From positions 32,001 to 96,000 of the forward strand of contig CANMWZ010000007.1 of assembly GCA_947501605.1 (NCBI GenBank): a stretch of 64,000 bases of DNA, written 5' to 3'. This DNA comes from Planctomycetota bacterium (GTDB taxonomy: Bacteria; Planctomycetota; UBA1135; UBA2386). The notes under the pieces were generated by a model, which searched no databases, was not told the origin of the DNA, and saw only the letters and a list, made by a program, of their open reading frames with translations. Positions 9,219-19,740 of this stretch are shown in pieces. Every line of letters begins with the position of its first letter. Positions within the stretch are counted from its first letter, which is position 1. The translations under genes and the position numbers were made by a program.

Positions 9219-9908
9219 TTACTTGGTGGCGCCGTTGCTCGCGAACGAGGCCTCGCACTTCGCGATCAACTCGAGCGCATCGCTACGCGAGCCGAAACCG
9301 GAGCAGGTGAGCTTGCCTGGACCCTTGTAGTTCTGAAACCACGTCTTCAGGATCGAGGTGACACCAGGGTAGTCGCGTTCGAGACCGGTCAGGTCCTCGA
9401 GTTTGCCCAAGGGCCCGGCAGCGTCGACCGCGAGCACCTTGTCGTCGGTCTCGCCGTTATCGACCAGATGAATCAGGCCCAGGACCTTCACCGACTTGAT
9501 GGTGCCGCGCGGCATCGATGGGCCGAGTACGAGGATGTCGAGCGGATCACCGTCGCCACCCATGGCTTTGCCGAGGATCGCGCGCGGGACGATGCCGTAG
9601 TTGGTTGGGTAGCCAAGGTACTCGACCACGCGGGGGGCGCCGTCCTTCTGGTCCCAACGCATGATGCCGTCGAGCTTCACTTCCCACTTCTCGTTGGTTC
9701 CGCAGGGGATCTCGACGACGGCGTTCACGGTGTGCGGGCCCGTCTTGGCTGGAAAGTCGCGCAAGAAGTCGTGTGGGGCTTTGATCGTCAAGGGGTCGGC
9801 GAACGACAGGCCTGCGCTGAGCGGCACCGTGGCAGGAACGGGCTTCGGATCCTGGACGAAGAATGGCAGCGATAGAGCTGCGAGAACGGCGGCGAGGCGG
9901 AGGATCAT
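9219..9908 (-). CDS. ppa: Family I inorganic pyrophosphatase with N-terminal signal peptide
   Basis: VVEIP..TNEKWE, YPTNYG, DGDPLD, DNGETDDKVL, FQNYK; hydrophobic N-terminus MILRLAAVLAALSLPFF. Confidence 0.88.
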   Translation of the reverse strand: MILRLAAVLAALSLPFFVQDPKPVPATVPLSAGLSFADPLTIKAPHDFLRDFPAKTGPHTVNAVVEIPCGTNEKWEVKLDGIMRWDQKDGAPRVVEYLGYPTNYGIVPRAILGKAMGGDGDPLDILVLGPSMPRGTIKSVKVLGLIHLVDNGETDDKVLAVDAAGPLGKLEDLTGLERDYPGVTSILKTWFQNYKGPGKLTCSGFGSRSDALELIAKCEASFASNGATK

Positions 9909-10056
9909 GTGTGTGTGCGGCGGCGCCGCGGTGTTCTATCGTCCGCACCCCGGCAGAGTCTGGATGCGCAGTGGCAGCGCGGCTTTGGGTCCGTAGGATC
10001 GGGCGTCCGCGGGCTGCTCAGGTGGCGGCGCCGCCCATTCCACGGATCTGCAAGCT

Positions 10057-11118
10057 ATGAAGTACCTCGCGCTCTCGCTGTTCCTGCTCTGCCCGACGGG
10101 TCGTCTGACCGCGCAAGACCTCCCAAAGCTCTACCTCGTGACCGTCGATGGTCGGCAAGAGCAGGTGCAGCCGCTGTCGCTCGATGGCGACAAGGTTCGC
10201 TACAAGGTGTTCGTGCTCGGCGGCGAGATGACGACGACGCGCCGCCTGACCGACTTCACGCCCGAGTCGGCCTTCGCATTCGAGGCTGCGGTCACGGCGC
10301 CGAAGTCGTTCGCGCAGCACTTCGCGCTCGCGAAGAAGGCAGCGACGATGGGCTTGTTGCCACAGGCCGGCACGCAGGCTCGCGCGGCGATCGGTCTCGC
10401 CAAGGGCACGCTGGACGAGGCCGCGAACGTTGGCGCCGTCCGCACGTGGGGTGCAGACATCGTCGAGGCCAAGTGCAAGGAGGCGATTGCGCAGAAGGAC
10501 GTCAAGTCGGCGCAGCGCGCTCTGGGCATCCTGACCTCGCGCCTCTCTGACCAGCGGACCGACGAACAGCTCGCCGCCCTGTCGACCGCAGTCGAGGCCC
10601 TCGAACTCGCCGCCAGCGATGCAAAAGAAACAGCGCGGCAGCAAAAACTCGACAGCAAGGCCCGCGAGAGCCTGCAGCGCAAGCTGAAGCCAATCCGCGA
10701 CAAGGTTGCGCAAGGCGACAAGCTGCAGAGCCAAGCTTTCGCGAAGTCGCGCAACACCTCGCAGTCCGCCAAGATGTGTGAGCAGTCGATCGAGGCCTAC
10801 AAGTCAGGGTGGAAGGGGCTCGAAGACCTGACCAAGCAACTCGAGACCGACGCCGAGCTCGCCAGCGAAGCCAGCGAACTGGCTTCGCGCATCCACGACA
10901 ACGGCATCCGCTCCGCACTGCACGCCGCCAACATGTTGACGGTGCAAAGCGACTTCAAGGGCGCACTCGATTGGACGAACCGCATCCTCAAGTTCGATCC
11001 GAAGAACGAGGACGCGAAGGCGATGATGCAGACGATTCAGCTAGCCGAGGCCGATGCCAGCGAGAGCTGGCGCTGGAACTGGCACGTCGTCGGGGACCGC
11101 CCGCGTCCTCGGCAGTGA
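10057..11118 (+). CDS. Secreted alpha-helical (coiled-coil/TPR-like) hypothetical protein
   Basis: Signal-like N-terminus (LTA-QD), high GC3 codon use, C-terminal TPR-like ALDWTNRILKFDPKNEDAK. Confidence 0.75.
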   Translation: MKYLALSLFLLCPTGRLTAQDLPKLYLVTVDGRQEQVQPLSLDGDKVRYKVFVLGGEMTTTRRLTDFTPESAFAFEAAVTAPKSFAQHFALAKKAATMGLLPQAGTQARAAIGLAKGTLDEAANVGAVRTWGADIVEAKCKEAIAQKDVKSAQRALGILTSRLSDQRTDEQLAALSTAVEALELAASDAKETARQQKLDSKARESLQRKLKPIRDKVAQGDKLQSQAFAKSRNTSQSAKMCEQSIEAYKSGWKGLEDLTKQLETDAELASEASELASRIHDNGIRSALHAANMLTVQSDFKGALDWTNRILKFDPKNEDAKAMMQTIQLAEADASESWRWNWHVVGDRPRPRQ

Positions 11119-11143
11119 CGCGGCGCGGTCGTTGTCGCCGTGA

Positions 11144-13156
11144 TCACACGCCGATGCGGTAGCGCACGCCGTTGCTGAGCACGAGCCCGAATGCATTCGC
11201 GGCGTTGTCGTGGGCCCAAGCCTGCAAGAACACCGGCAGCCCGACGAAGACAGGATCATTGGGGATCGCCAGCGAGTACTGCCCGACTCCGGGTCCGATC
11301 GTCGTGCACAGCGAAAACGACGTGATCGCCGCGTCGTGGTAGAGCACGCAGGTGGGCATGCCCAAGGCATCGAGCGGGAGTGGCAGCGGGATGCCGTTGG
11401 CGATGCTGTCAGACAGCCCGATCGCCATCACTGCGCTGCGCCCTGCAGGCACGTTGGTGACGGTCGACACGGCTACTGCTCCGAGGCGCGGGAGGGCGGT
11501 GGCAACCGGCTGCAGCGTGAGCACCGGGGTCCCGCAGCCGGCTCCAAAGGCCACGGCCTCCGCTCCCGCACGCAGTCGTAGGATCAGCAGCTGGCCGCCT
11601 TGAACGGACGAGGTAGTGGCGAGCGCCGCATTGGTCGTGTGGTCCTGCGCCGTCAACAGGAGCACGGTCTCGCCAGGTCCTGCCGGCACGATGCCGCTGA
11701 CGTCGCAGAGTCCCGAGCTCTCCTTGCTGTCACTGTGCGGCGCGATCGCACCCGGCGTGCCGCCGTTGACGGCGAGTTCGCCCCAGAGCGCGGGATCGAA
11801 CTTGAGCAATGGGATCAGGGCATCGGTTGCGAGGTCGTACATCCAGACCTTGCCGAGATACGTCGTCGAGCCTGGATCCTCCTGCAGGTAGACGCGGCCA
11901 TCCGCGGTCGCGGTCAGGTTGTCGAGCATCTGGACCTTCTGCTGGTTCTTGCTGCCATCGATCAGGAGATCGATCACGCCGCCGAGTGCAGGGTTGGTCA
12001 AGTCTTCAAACCGCAGGCGCCACAGTCGCGACATGCCGGTCTGGGTGGTGCCGGTCGCGCCGATCGTCCGGTTGCTGCCGGTGTTGGTCACGGTGTCCAG
12101 GCGATCCGTGGTGGCGAAGTAGAACTCGCGGGGATTGGCTGGGTTCCAATGGCCGTCTTCTGGGCGTGAGAAGGCAGTCGAAGACAATGCGCTGAGCGAG
12201 AATCGCATGCCGCTCGCGATTGTGGTTGTGCGAGTGGTGGTGTTGGCAATCTCGCTGGCGATGGCACCGACGCGTACGAAGGACAGCGTGCCGCCAGTGA
12301 GGCCAGCGCGATCGACCACCGTGCCGGCCACACTCTTCTGGCCCACGTAGACCGCGATCGACTGCGCCATGATGCCAGAGCCACCATCATTGGTACCGAT
12401 GACGATGGTCCGCGGCTGCGCGAAGGGGTTGGCCAGCAGGTTCTCGAACGCGCCGACGCCGGTTAGGCCCGAGCCATTGGTCGAGAGGTTGAAGCCTGGC
12501 AGGATGTATGTGGTGCCCTTGTCGATGCCGGTCGCAATGTTCGCGAACGCATAGCCGGTAGGGCCGCCTTCCTCGCCATTCATGAAGATGCGATCCGGAG
12601 TGCCGAGTCCGCTTGCGGCGTCGAAGAACGCAGTGATGGGCGCGAGATCGGCGGAGCACGGGCGGTTGATGGCGAGACCGTTGCCGGTCAAGGCATCATG
12701 GACGACGCCGGCGCCGTCGATGACGCGAACGATCAGGTCTTCACCCGACACCACACCCAACGTGGTCTTGTCGATGATCAGTTCGGACACATAGGCGCCG
12801 CGGGCGCCATGGCGGCGAACGACCCCGGCGGTGGTCGAGTGCTCGTGGTTGCACAGCAGCGTGAACGTGCCGTCGCCATTGTCGTAGGCCCCGAGGCCGT
12901 CGGGTGTGCCGCCGATCTCGTAGGTCACTCCGGTTGCCGCACCCGTTCGCTGCACGAGGTCGGTCGCAGTTGCGATCGACGTCACGTTGGTCACGACCAA
13001 AGGCGGCGCGTTCGCCACGAGGTAGGGTGCGCGCGAGGAACTCGGCCCCTGGACGTGGACCTGAGCGCCGGCGCCGACGGCGCTGACTGCAATTGCCAGC
13101 AGCGACAGCACGGAGCGCGGACACTGATGACGGCACGGGATTGCGAGTGGTTTCAT
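11144..13156 (-). CDS. Secreted PhoX/DUF839-like beta-propeller phosphatase with conserved C-terminal domain
   Basis: Signal peptide (AGA-QV); PDGLG, NHE, GEE, RPEDG, DN, QED, ESSG motifs; C-terminal FGAGC...IPNDPVFVG..LQA...NAFG..SN. Confidence 0.65.
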   Translation of the reverse strand: MKPLAIPCRHQCPRSVLSLLAIAVSAVGAGAQVHVQGPSSSRAPYLVANAPPLVVTNVTSIATATDLVQRTGAATGVTYEIGGTPDGLGAYDNGDGTFTLLCNHEHSTTAGVVRRHGARGAYVSELIIDKTTLGVVSGEDLIVRVIDGAGVVHDALTGNGLAINRPCSADLAPITAFFDAASGLGTPDRIFMNGEEGGPTGYAFANIATGIDKGTTYILPGFNLSTNGSGLTGVGAFENLLANPFAQPRTIVIGTNDGGSGIMAQSIAVYVGQKSVAGTVVDRAGLTGGTLSFVRVGAIASEIANTTTRTTTIASGMRFSLSALSSTAFSRPEDGHWNPANPREFYFATTDRLDTVTNTGSNRTIGATGTTQTGMSRLWRLRFEDLTNPALGGVIDLLIDGSKNQQKVQMLDNLTATADGRVYLQEDPGSTTYLGKVWMYDLATDALIPLLKFDPALWGELAVNGGTPGAIAPHSDSKESSGLCDVSGIVPAGPGETVLLLTAQDHTTNAALATTSSVQGGQLLILRLRAGAEAVAFGAGCGTPVLTLQPVATALPRLGAVAVSTVTNVPAGRSAVMAIGLSDSIANGIPLPLPLDALGMPTCVLYHDAAITSFSLCTTIGPGVGQYSLAIPNDPVFVGLPVFLQAWAHDNAANAFGLVLSNGVRYRIGV

Positions 13157-13216
13157 GCGTTCCTCTGGGCGAGCGGGGGCTCGCTACCGAACATCATGCC
13201 GCACGGTCGCCCGCCG

Positions 13217-14287
13217 TCACCGAGCCATCGTCGGGTAGTCGGTGTAGCCCGCCGCCCCTTGGGTGTAGAAAGTCTTCGGGTCAGGCGGATTCAGCGGCGC
13301 CTTGGCGCGGATGCGCGCCGGCAGATCCGGGTTGGCGAGGAACGACGTTCCGAACGCGACGGCGTCGAGTCCGCCCTGATCGATGGCCGCATTGGCCTCG
13401 TCCGGCGTGTATCCCATGTTGCCGACGAGCACGCCGCGATAGGCGCGACGCACCGGCGTCAGCAGGTCACCTTTCTGCTTGCCGAAGAAGTCGGCGCGCA
13501 TCAAGTGCACGTAGGCGAGAGGGTAGTCGTTGAGGGCGCCGGCGACGAACGTCGCGAGACCGATCGGGTCGCTGTCCATCATGCTGTTGTAGCTATTGAG
13601 TGGCGATAGCCGAACGCCGACACGATGCGGTCCCCACTCGGCCGTGGCTTCGCCGACGACCTCCATCAGCAAGCGGGCGCGGTTCTCCTTCGTGCCGCCG
13701 TAGCGACCGGCGCGTTGGTTGCTGCCGTCCCGCAAGAACTGGTCGATCAGGTAGCCGTTGGCAGCGTGCACCTCGACACCGTCGAAGCCTGCGGCCTTGG
13801 CATTCGCGAAGGCGCGGCGGAATCCGGCGACGATGCCAGGAATCTCGTCCTCGCCGAGCACTCTCGGTACTTCGTACGGCTTCTTGCCTTGCGGCGTGTG
13901 CGTCTGCGAATCGGTGATGGCGAGCGCGCTCGGACCGACCGGCTGTTGACCGTCGTTCAGGAGCGAATGCGTCGCGCGGCCACCGTGCCACACCTGCAAG
14001 AAGATGTGGCCGCCGGCGCGGTGGACGGCGGAGGTCACGAGTTTCCAGCCTTGCACGTGTGCGTCGCTGTGGATTGCCGGTTCGCGCCAGAACGCTGAGT
14101 TGCCGGGTGAAGCCATCGTCGCCTCGGCGATCAGGAGGCCACCCGTGGCGCGCTGCGAGTAGTACTCCGCCATCAGGGCGTTCGGGACGTGGTCGGCGTC
14201 GGCGCGACTGCGCGTTAGGGGAGCCATCCAAATGCGGTTTTGCAGTCGAAGCGTGCCGAGGGAGATCGGGGTGAACAGGTCGGTCAT
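13217..14287 (-). CDS. Old yellow enzyme / alkene reductase (NemA-like)
   Basis: MAPLTRSRA, EYYSQRA, QVWHGGR, VHAANGYLIDQFL, ANPDLP, FY...GYTDYP. Confidence 0.93.
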   Translation of the reverse strand: MTDLFTPISLGTLRLQNRIWMAPLTRSRADADHVPNALMAEYYSQRATGGLLIAEATMASPGNSAFWREPAIHSDAHVQGWKLVTSAVHRAGGHIFLQVWHGGRATHSLLNDGQQPVGPSALAITDSQTHTPQGKKPYEVPRVLGEDEIPGIVAGFRRAFANAKAAGFDGVEVHAANGYLIDQFLRDGSNQRAGRYGGTKENRARLLMEVVGEATAEWGPHRVGVRLSPLNSYNSMMDSDPIGLATFVAGALNDYPLAYVHLMRADFFGKQKGDLLTPVRRAYRGVLVGNMGYTPDEANAAIDQGGLDAVAFGTSFLANPDLPARIRAKAPLNPPDPKTFYTQGAAGYTDYPTMAR

Positions 14288-14428
14288 GGCGGAAACAGTC
14301 GTGATGCTGATGGTTGTGGCAACGATAAGTTGGGCGGCAGCGTAGGCTTAGCTTGCTCGTGGATCAAGGCGCGAAGTAGCGGCGGCTCTGTCGCTCTCGC
14401 CGCCGTTGCGGCGATCGCGACTGGGGCC

Positions 14429-16288
14429 TCACTTAGCTGTCGATGCGGCGAGCGCGGCCTTCAGCGACTCGACTCCGCCGACCACAGGCAGCGTCAGTGT
14501 CGTCGCATCGAGATCGATGGTGACCTTCGCGCCGGGCTTTGGCCAGAGTGTGAACTCGCGATCGCTGGCGAAGATCATCAGCCCGAGCTGTTCGCCGGTC
14601 GCAATCACTTGGTCGTCCGGGTTGAGATCGAACGACAGCTCGTAAGACTTGCCCTTGATCAGCGGTTCGCCAGCCCGGATCGACTTCGCGTTCTGCGGGT
14701 CCGCCCAGCCACGGGTGATGAGGTCGTCCGTGATGCGGCGCGAGTCGGTCCACGGCAGCGACACCAGCCACACCGACAGGTTGGTCGCGGGCTGATCGCA
14801 GGCCAGCTTGATCGTGATGCGCGCGGTGCCGGAGACATGGACCGGGGCCGTGAATGCAGGCAGCGCGAACAGCAGGCGGTGCTCGGACTTCTCCTCGCTG
14901 GCGAGTGCACCGCCAGCCAGTTCGACGTCGTCGACCAGGGTTTCGGAGCCCTGGCCACTTTGTTTCACCAGCAGCAAGGCGCCCGTCGCGTTGCCACCTT
15001 TGCCGAGGTGCAGCGTCACGGGCGCCGCCTCAGGGTTCGGGTAGTCCGCGTAGGCCGTTGGCGAGCCATTCTTGTCGCTCTCGCGCACGATCCAGGCCTT
15101 CGGGTCCGTTTCGATGCCGTTGTCGACATCGAACAAGAAGCGCGTGAACCAGCGGTTGACCATCGCGAACGGTGGATCGCCGCCATGCGCCGACTGGTGA
15201 AAGTAGGCCATGCATGGCACGCCTTTCTGCTTCAGCGCGGCGTAGAAGAGGACCGTCTGCTCGGGCATGACGTTCCAGTCGTTGAAGCCATGGGCAACGA
15301 GCGTTGCCGCCTTGTAGTCAGAGAGCTTCTCGAGGTAGTCACGAGCGGCCCACCAGTCGCTGTAGTCGCCGGTGATGCGGTCCGCGTTCTTGGCGAGGTC
15401 CGCGTCGCGAACGTGCTCGATGCACCAGTCGCGCTTCTTCGGGTCGCCGCTGGCGATGAAGTCGAAGAGCACGTCGACGTCCTCGCCGAGATATCCACCG
15501 GGACTGCGCACCAGGCCATTGCTGCGGTAGTAGCGATACCACGAGGTCGCGGGGGCGACCGGGATGATGGCCACGAGTCCTTCGACACCGGTCGTCGCTG
15601 CGGCGACCGGCAGCGTGCCGTTGTACGAGGTGCCGATCATCGCCACCTTGCCGGTACACCAATCGGCCTTGATCTCCTCGTTGCCGTCGCGCGTCGTAAA
15701 ACCCTTGGCGCGACCGCAGAGCCAGTCGATCACCGCCTTCGGTGCTTGCGCTTCGTTGTCGCCCCCGATTGTCGGGCAACCTTGCGACCAACCAGTTCCT
15801 GGCGAACATGAGTGCACGACCGCGAGGCCGCGTGGCAACCAGCGAGCGGTCAGCGGGTCGTTGTTGGCGATCATGCCCGGCTTCTTGCCAAAGCCGATCG
15901 GCGCCATCGTCGCGCGCTGCTTCGGCTGCTCGCCGAGGTCGTGCTTCACGTCCCAGTAGTAGCTCGTGTCCATCGGGCCGTTGCCCGCGAAGTACGGGCT
16001 GGTCTCGTAGATCACCGGCACCTTCAGCCCCTGGGACTTCGTCTGCGATGGTCGCGTCACGTCGACGTGCATGCGGTCTTGCTTGCCGTCGCCATCGGTG
16101 TCGAACGGCGTCTCCACGAACAGGAACTCGCGGATCCACTCGCGGCGGTTGGCGAAGGCCTCATTTGCCGCCAACTGGCCGTCCTGGATCTCGTGGGTTG
16201 CGTTCGCAACGGTCGCGTCCTGGGCTCGGACGGCGGGGCTCGCGCAGAGGGCGGCGAGCAGGAGGCCAACGATCGGGAAGTGGCGCAT
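14429..16288 (-). CDS. Secreted Xaa-Pro dipeptidyl-peptidase (S15, CocE/NonD family)
   Basis: Signal peptide (VRA-QD); GTGWSQGCP, GTSYNG nucleophile motif, HGFNDWNV, PepX-like C-terminal domain. Confidence 0.88.
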   Translation of the reverse strand: MRHFPIVGLLLAALCASPAVRAQDATVANATHEIQDGQLAANEAFANRREWIREFLFVETPFDTDGDGKQDRMHVDVTRPSQTKSQGLKVPVIYETSPYFAGNGPMDTSYYWDVKHDLGEQPKQRATMAPIGFGKKPGMIANNDPLTARWLPRGLAVVHSCSPGTGWSQGCPTIGGDNEAQAPKAVIDWLCGRAKGFTTRDGNEEIKADWCTGKVAMIGTSYNGTLPVAAATTGVEGLVAIIPVAPATSWYRYYRSNGLVRSPGGYLGEDVDVLFDFIASGDPKKRDWCIEHVRDADLAKNADRITGDYSDWWAARDYLEKLSDYKAATLVAHGFNDWNVMPEQTVLFYAALKQKGVPCMAYFHQSAHGGDPPFAMVNRWFTRFLFDVDNGIETDPKAWIVRESDKNGSPTAYADYPNPEAAPVTLHLGKGGNATGALLLVKQSGQGSETLVDDVELAGGALASEEKSEHRLLFALPAFTAPVHVSGTARITIKLACDQPATNLSVWLVSLPWTDSRRITDDLITRGWADPQNAKSIRAGEPLIKGKSYELSFDLNPDDQVIATGEQLGLMIFASDREFTLWPKPGAKVTIDLDATTLTLPVVGGVESLKAALAASTAK

Positions 16289-16378
16289 GCGAGGACTGGA
16301 TCTCGGTTGAGTCCGCGCAGGATAGGCCGGCAGTCCGCACGCCGCGACAGTCCGGCGCGCGGGGATTTGCCCTCGGCC

Positions 16379-16852
16379 TCAGAGGTGGGCCGGTTGGTAG
16401 GTTCCGGCGAGCCGTTCTGGCTTCGAAGCCGCGATTTCCTTCTCGGTCAGCGCGATGCCCTGGACGAAGACGTCAAAGCCAAACATCGCCGGGCCGAGCC
16501 GGAAGACGAGGCCGCCGATGTCGACGCCCGTGGCGACCACCAGATCGGCCTTCAACAGCGGCGGCAGCTGGGGCAACTGCACCGTCCCGCCATCGAGCGC
16601 CGCAATCAAGACGCCGACGAACGGCGTATCGATCGGGGTCACCTGCAGCTTGGCGAACAGGTCGCCCTGCCGCCGCAGGCTCAGGTCCGCCTGCAGCGCC
16701 ACCGGCGGCTCGACCTGCTTTGGCGGCAGCGGCTCCACGGGCGGCGCCTGGGGGATCGCGATCGGCACCTTGGCGATGCCGATCTCGTAGCGCTGTGCGC
16801 ACAGCGGCAGGGCGAGGGCGGACAGGAGAGCGAGGGACAGCACGGTCTTCAT
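16379..16852 (-). CDS. Small secreted hypothetical protein
   Basis: MKTVLSLALLSALALPLCA-Q signal peptide, Pro-rich linker, beta-rich domain ending FGFDVFVQG. Confidence 0.75.
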   Translation of the reverse strand: MKTVLSLALLSALALPLCAQRYEIGIAKVPIAIPQAPPVEPLPPKQVEPPVALQADLSLRRQGDLFAKLQVTPIDTPFVGVLIAALDGGTVQLPQLPPLLKADLVVATGVDIGGLVFRLGPAMFGFDVFVQGIALTEKEIAASKPERLAGTYQPAHL

Positions 16853-17009
16853 GATTCGTTGCGAGTGGTTGTTTGTGGGCGGGGGTCCGAAGTGGACTGA
16901 TGCACGAGGGGGAAGCGCTGCTGCGCCGTAGGTCCTGACGGCGAAATCCGCGCGGTTGGCCTGCATACTGTTTGCCCCCCGGACTCGATCGAGCCCTGAC
17001 AGAAGACCC

Positions 17010-19631
17010 ATGGACGAGCAGAAACAGACCTACGACCCCGCTGCGATCGAACCGCGTTGGCAGCAGTTCTGGCAGGAGCGCAAGGTGTTCCGCACGCCGA
17101 ACCCCGGCGACCGCGACTTCGACCCCAAGAAGCCGAAGTTCTACGTGCTCGACATGTTCCCGTATCCGTCGGGTGCTGGGCTGCATGTCGGCCACCCCGA
17201 GGGCTACACCGCGACCGACATCGTCGCGCGCTACCAACGGCAGAAGGGCTGCAACGTTCTCCACCCCATGGGCTGGGACGCGTTCGGTCTGCCGGCCGAG
17301 CAGTATGCGATCCAGACCAACACGCATCCGGCGGTCGCGACCAAGAAGAACATCGACAACTTCCGTCGCCAGTTGCAGCGACTCGGCTTCAGCTACGACT
17401 GGGATCGCGAGATCAGCACAGCGGACCCGAAGTACTTCCTGTGGACGCAGTGGATCTGGAAGCAACTCCACGCCCGCGGACTCGCCTACGAGTCGAATGC
17501 GCCGGTTTGGTGGTGCGAAGCGCTCGGCACGGTCCTCGCCAACGACGAGGTTATCAACGGCAAGAGCGAGCGCGGTGACCATCCATGCGAGCGGCGGCCG
17601 CTGCGTCAGTGGGTGCTCAAGATCACCGACTACGCCGAGCGCCTCCTCGCCGATCTCGATCGCGTCGACTGGTCCGATGCGATGAAGGCGATGCAGCGTG
17701 AGTGGATCGGCAAGAGTGAAGGGGCCGAGATCGACTTCCTCGTGCATGGCCACGTCGGCACGAAGGTGAGGGTGTTCACGACGCGGCCCGACACGCTGTT
17801 CGGGGCGTCGTTCATGGTGCTCTCACCTGAGCATCCTCTGGTCGCTTCGCTCACGACGCCGCAGCAGAAGGCGCAGGTCGAAGGCTACTTGCGGGCAGCG
17901 GCGGCCAAAAGCGAGCTGGAGCGCACCGAACTCAGCAAGGACAAGACCGGCGTGTTCACCGGCGCCTATGCGCAGAACCCGCTGTTCTTGGACGGCGACG
18001 CGCGCGGTCGCATCCCCATCTGGATCGCCGACTACGTGATCGTCACCTATGGCACCGGCGCGATCATGGCCGTGCCTGCTGGCGACGAGCGTGACTTTGC
18101 CTTCGCCAAGAAGTTCGCGCTGGCGATTCCGGGCATCTTCGCGCCGCAGACCGCAGACGAGGCGACGGATGCAGCCATCGCCAGCGGCGCCCAGTGCTGC
18201 ACCGACGAAGTGCCGTTCGCGGCGCATTGCACCAGCGCCGACGGCAAGGTTGCGCTGGCCGGCTTGTCGATGCCGGAAGCCAAGCGTGCGGTGATCGACT
18301 ACTTGCAGCAGCGCGGGATCGGCGTGCAGAAGGTGACCTACCGCCTGCGCGACTGGTTGTTCAGTCGACAGCGCTACTGGGGCGAACCGTTCCCGGTGTT
18401 GCACACCAAGGACGGCGTCGAGCTCGTGCCCGACTCGCAACTTCCCGTTCTGTTGCCGCACATGGACGACTTCAAGCCCGGCGGCGTGCCGGAGTCGCCG
18501 CTGATCCGCGCCCGCGCCTGGGTCGAGACCAAGGACCAGAGCGCAAGGCCGGCGCAGCGTGAGATCAACACGATGCCCGGCGCGGCCGGGTCGAGCTGGT
18601 ACTTCTTGCGTTTCTGCGATCCGCACAACGAACGCGAGTTCTGCAGTCGCGCCGCGAGTGACTACTGGTTGCCGGTCGATCTCTATGTCGGTGGCACCGA
18701 GCACGCCGTGGGCCACCTGCTCTACTCGCGCTTCTGGACCAAGGTGTTGCACGACCAAGGTCTGGTGCGGCACCAAGAGCCGTTCTTGAAGCTCTACAAC
18801 CAAGGCATGATCCAGGCGTTTGCGTTCCAGGACGCGCGTGGCGCAGTGGTCCCGACAGCGCTGACGAAGGAGCAGGGCGACGAGGTCGTGCACGCCGAGA
18901 GCGGCGAGAAACTCACCCGCATCGTCACCAAGATGAGCAAGCGCTACGGCAACGTCATCAACCCCGATGACGTGGTGAACGAGTACGGCGCCGACACGCT
19001 GCGGCTGTACGAGATGTACATGGGGCCGCTCGCCGACAGCAAGCCCTGGAATCCCAAGGACGTGCCCGGCGTGCACCGCTTCCTCGGTCGCGTCTGGCGC
19101 CTGTGCGTCCCCGAGGACTTTGCGATCGGCGCGGTTCACGCGCACCTGCATCAGGACCGCGACAGCGATCCAGAACTCGAGAAGGCGCTGCACCGCTGCA
19201 TTGCCAAGGTCGAGGGCGATATCGGTCGCATGGCGTTCAACACCGCGATTTCCTCGATGATGATCTTCGTCAACGAGGCGACCAAGCGACCAGACGCGTT
19301 GTCGCGCGGCCAGTTGCTCCGCTTCGTGCAGATCCTGTCGCCGTTTGCGCCGCATCTCGCGGAGGAGCTCTGGCAGCGCCTCGGTGGGGCGGAGCTTCTG
19401 GCGTATGCGAAGTGGCCGTCGTTCGATGCCAAGCTGCTGGTCGACGACGAGGTCGAGATCGCCGTCCAGATCCTCGGCAAGGTTCGGGGCCGCGCGGTCG
19501 TAGCGACCAATGCCGACCAGGCCACCATGGTCGCGGCCGCGAAGGCTGCAGTGGCGCAGCACCTCGAAGGCAAGACGATCGTGAAGGAGATCGTGGTGCC
19601 GAAGAAGCTGGTCAACTTCGTCGTGAAGTAG
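17010..19631 (+). CDS. leuS: Leucine--tRNA ligase
   Basis: MFPYPSGAGLHVGH, FTTRPDT editing domain, GTGAIMAVP, DWLFSRQRYWG, KMSKR. Confidence 0.97.
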   Translation: MDEQKQTYDPAAIEPRWQQFWQERKVFRTPNPGDRDFDPKKPKFYVLDMFPYPSGAGLHVGHPEGYTATDIVARYQRQKGCNVLHPMGWDAFGLPAEQYAIQTNTHPAVATKKNIDNFRRQLQRLGFSYDWDREISTADPKYFLWTQWIWKQLHARGLAYESNAPVWWCEALGTVLANDEVINGKSERGDHPCERRPLRQWVLKITDYAERLLADLDRVDWSDAMKAMQREWIGKSEGAEIDFLVHGHVGTKVRVFTTRPDTLFGASFMVLSPEHPLVASLTTPQQKAQVEGYLRAAAAKSELERTELSKDKTGVFTGAYAQNPLFLDGDARGRIPIWIADYVIVTYGTGAIMAVPAGDERDFAFAKKFALAIPGIFAPQTADEATDAAIASGAQCCTDEVPFAAHCTSADGKVALAGLSMPEAKRAVIDYLQQRGIGVQKVTYRLRDWLFSRQRYWGEPFPVLHTKDGVELVPDSQLPVLLPHMDDFKPGGVPESPLIRARAWVETKDQSARPAQREINTMPGAAGSSWYFLRFCDPHNEREFCSRAASDYWLPVDLYVGGTEHAVGHLLYSRFWTKVLHDQGLVRHQEPFLKLYNQGMIQAFAFQDARGAVVPTALTKEQGDEVVHAESGEKLTRIVTKMSKRYGNVINPDDVVNEYGADTLRLYEMYMGPLADSKPWNPKDVPGVHRFLGRVWRLCVPEDFAIGAVHAHLHQDRDSDPELEKALHRCIAKVEGDIGRMAFNTAISSMMIFVNEATKRPDALSRGQLLRFVQILSPFAPHLAEELWQRLGGAELLAYAKWPSFDAKLLVDDEVEIAVQILGKVRGRAVVATNADQATMVAAAKAAVAQHLEGKTIVKEIVVPKKLVNFVVK

Positions 19632-19680
19632 GCGCCTCACCGGGGCAGCGTCGCGCCATCGACGCGACGCGGCGGCTGAG

Positions 19681-19706
19681 TCGAAGCCACTGCTTCGAGT
19701 TTTTTT
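19681..19706 (+). terminator. Rho-independent terminator of leuS
   Basis: tcgaagc-cact-gcttcga followed by g and T7. Confidence 0.75.
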
Positions 19707-19740
19707 GCACCCTCTCGGCGCCGCCGTGGATTCTGTCCAT

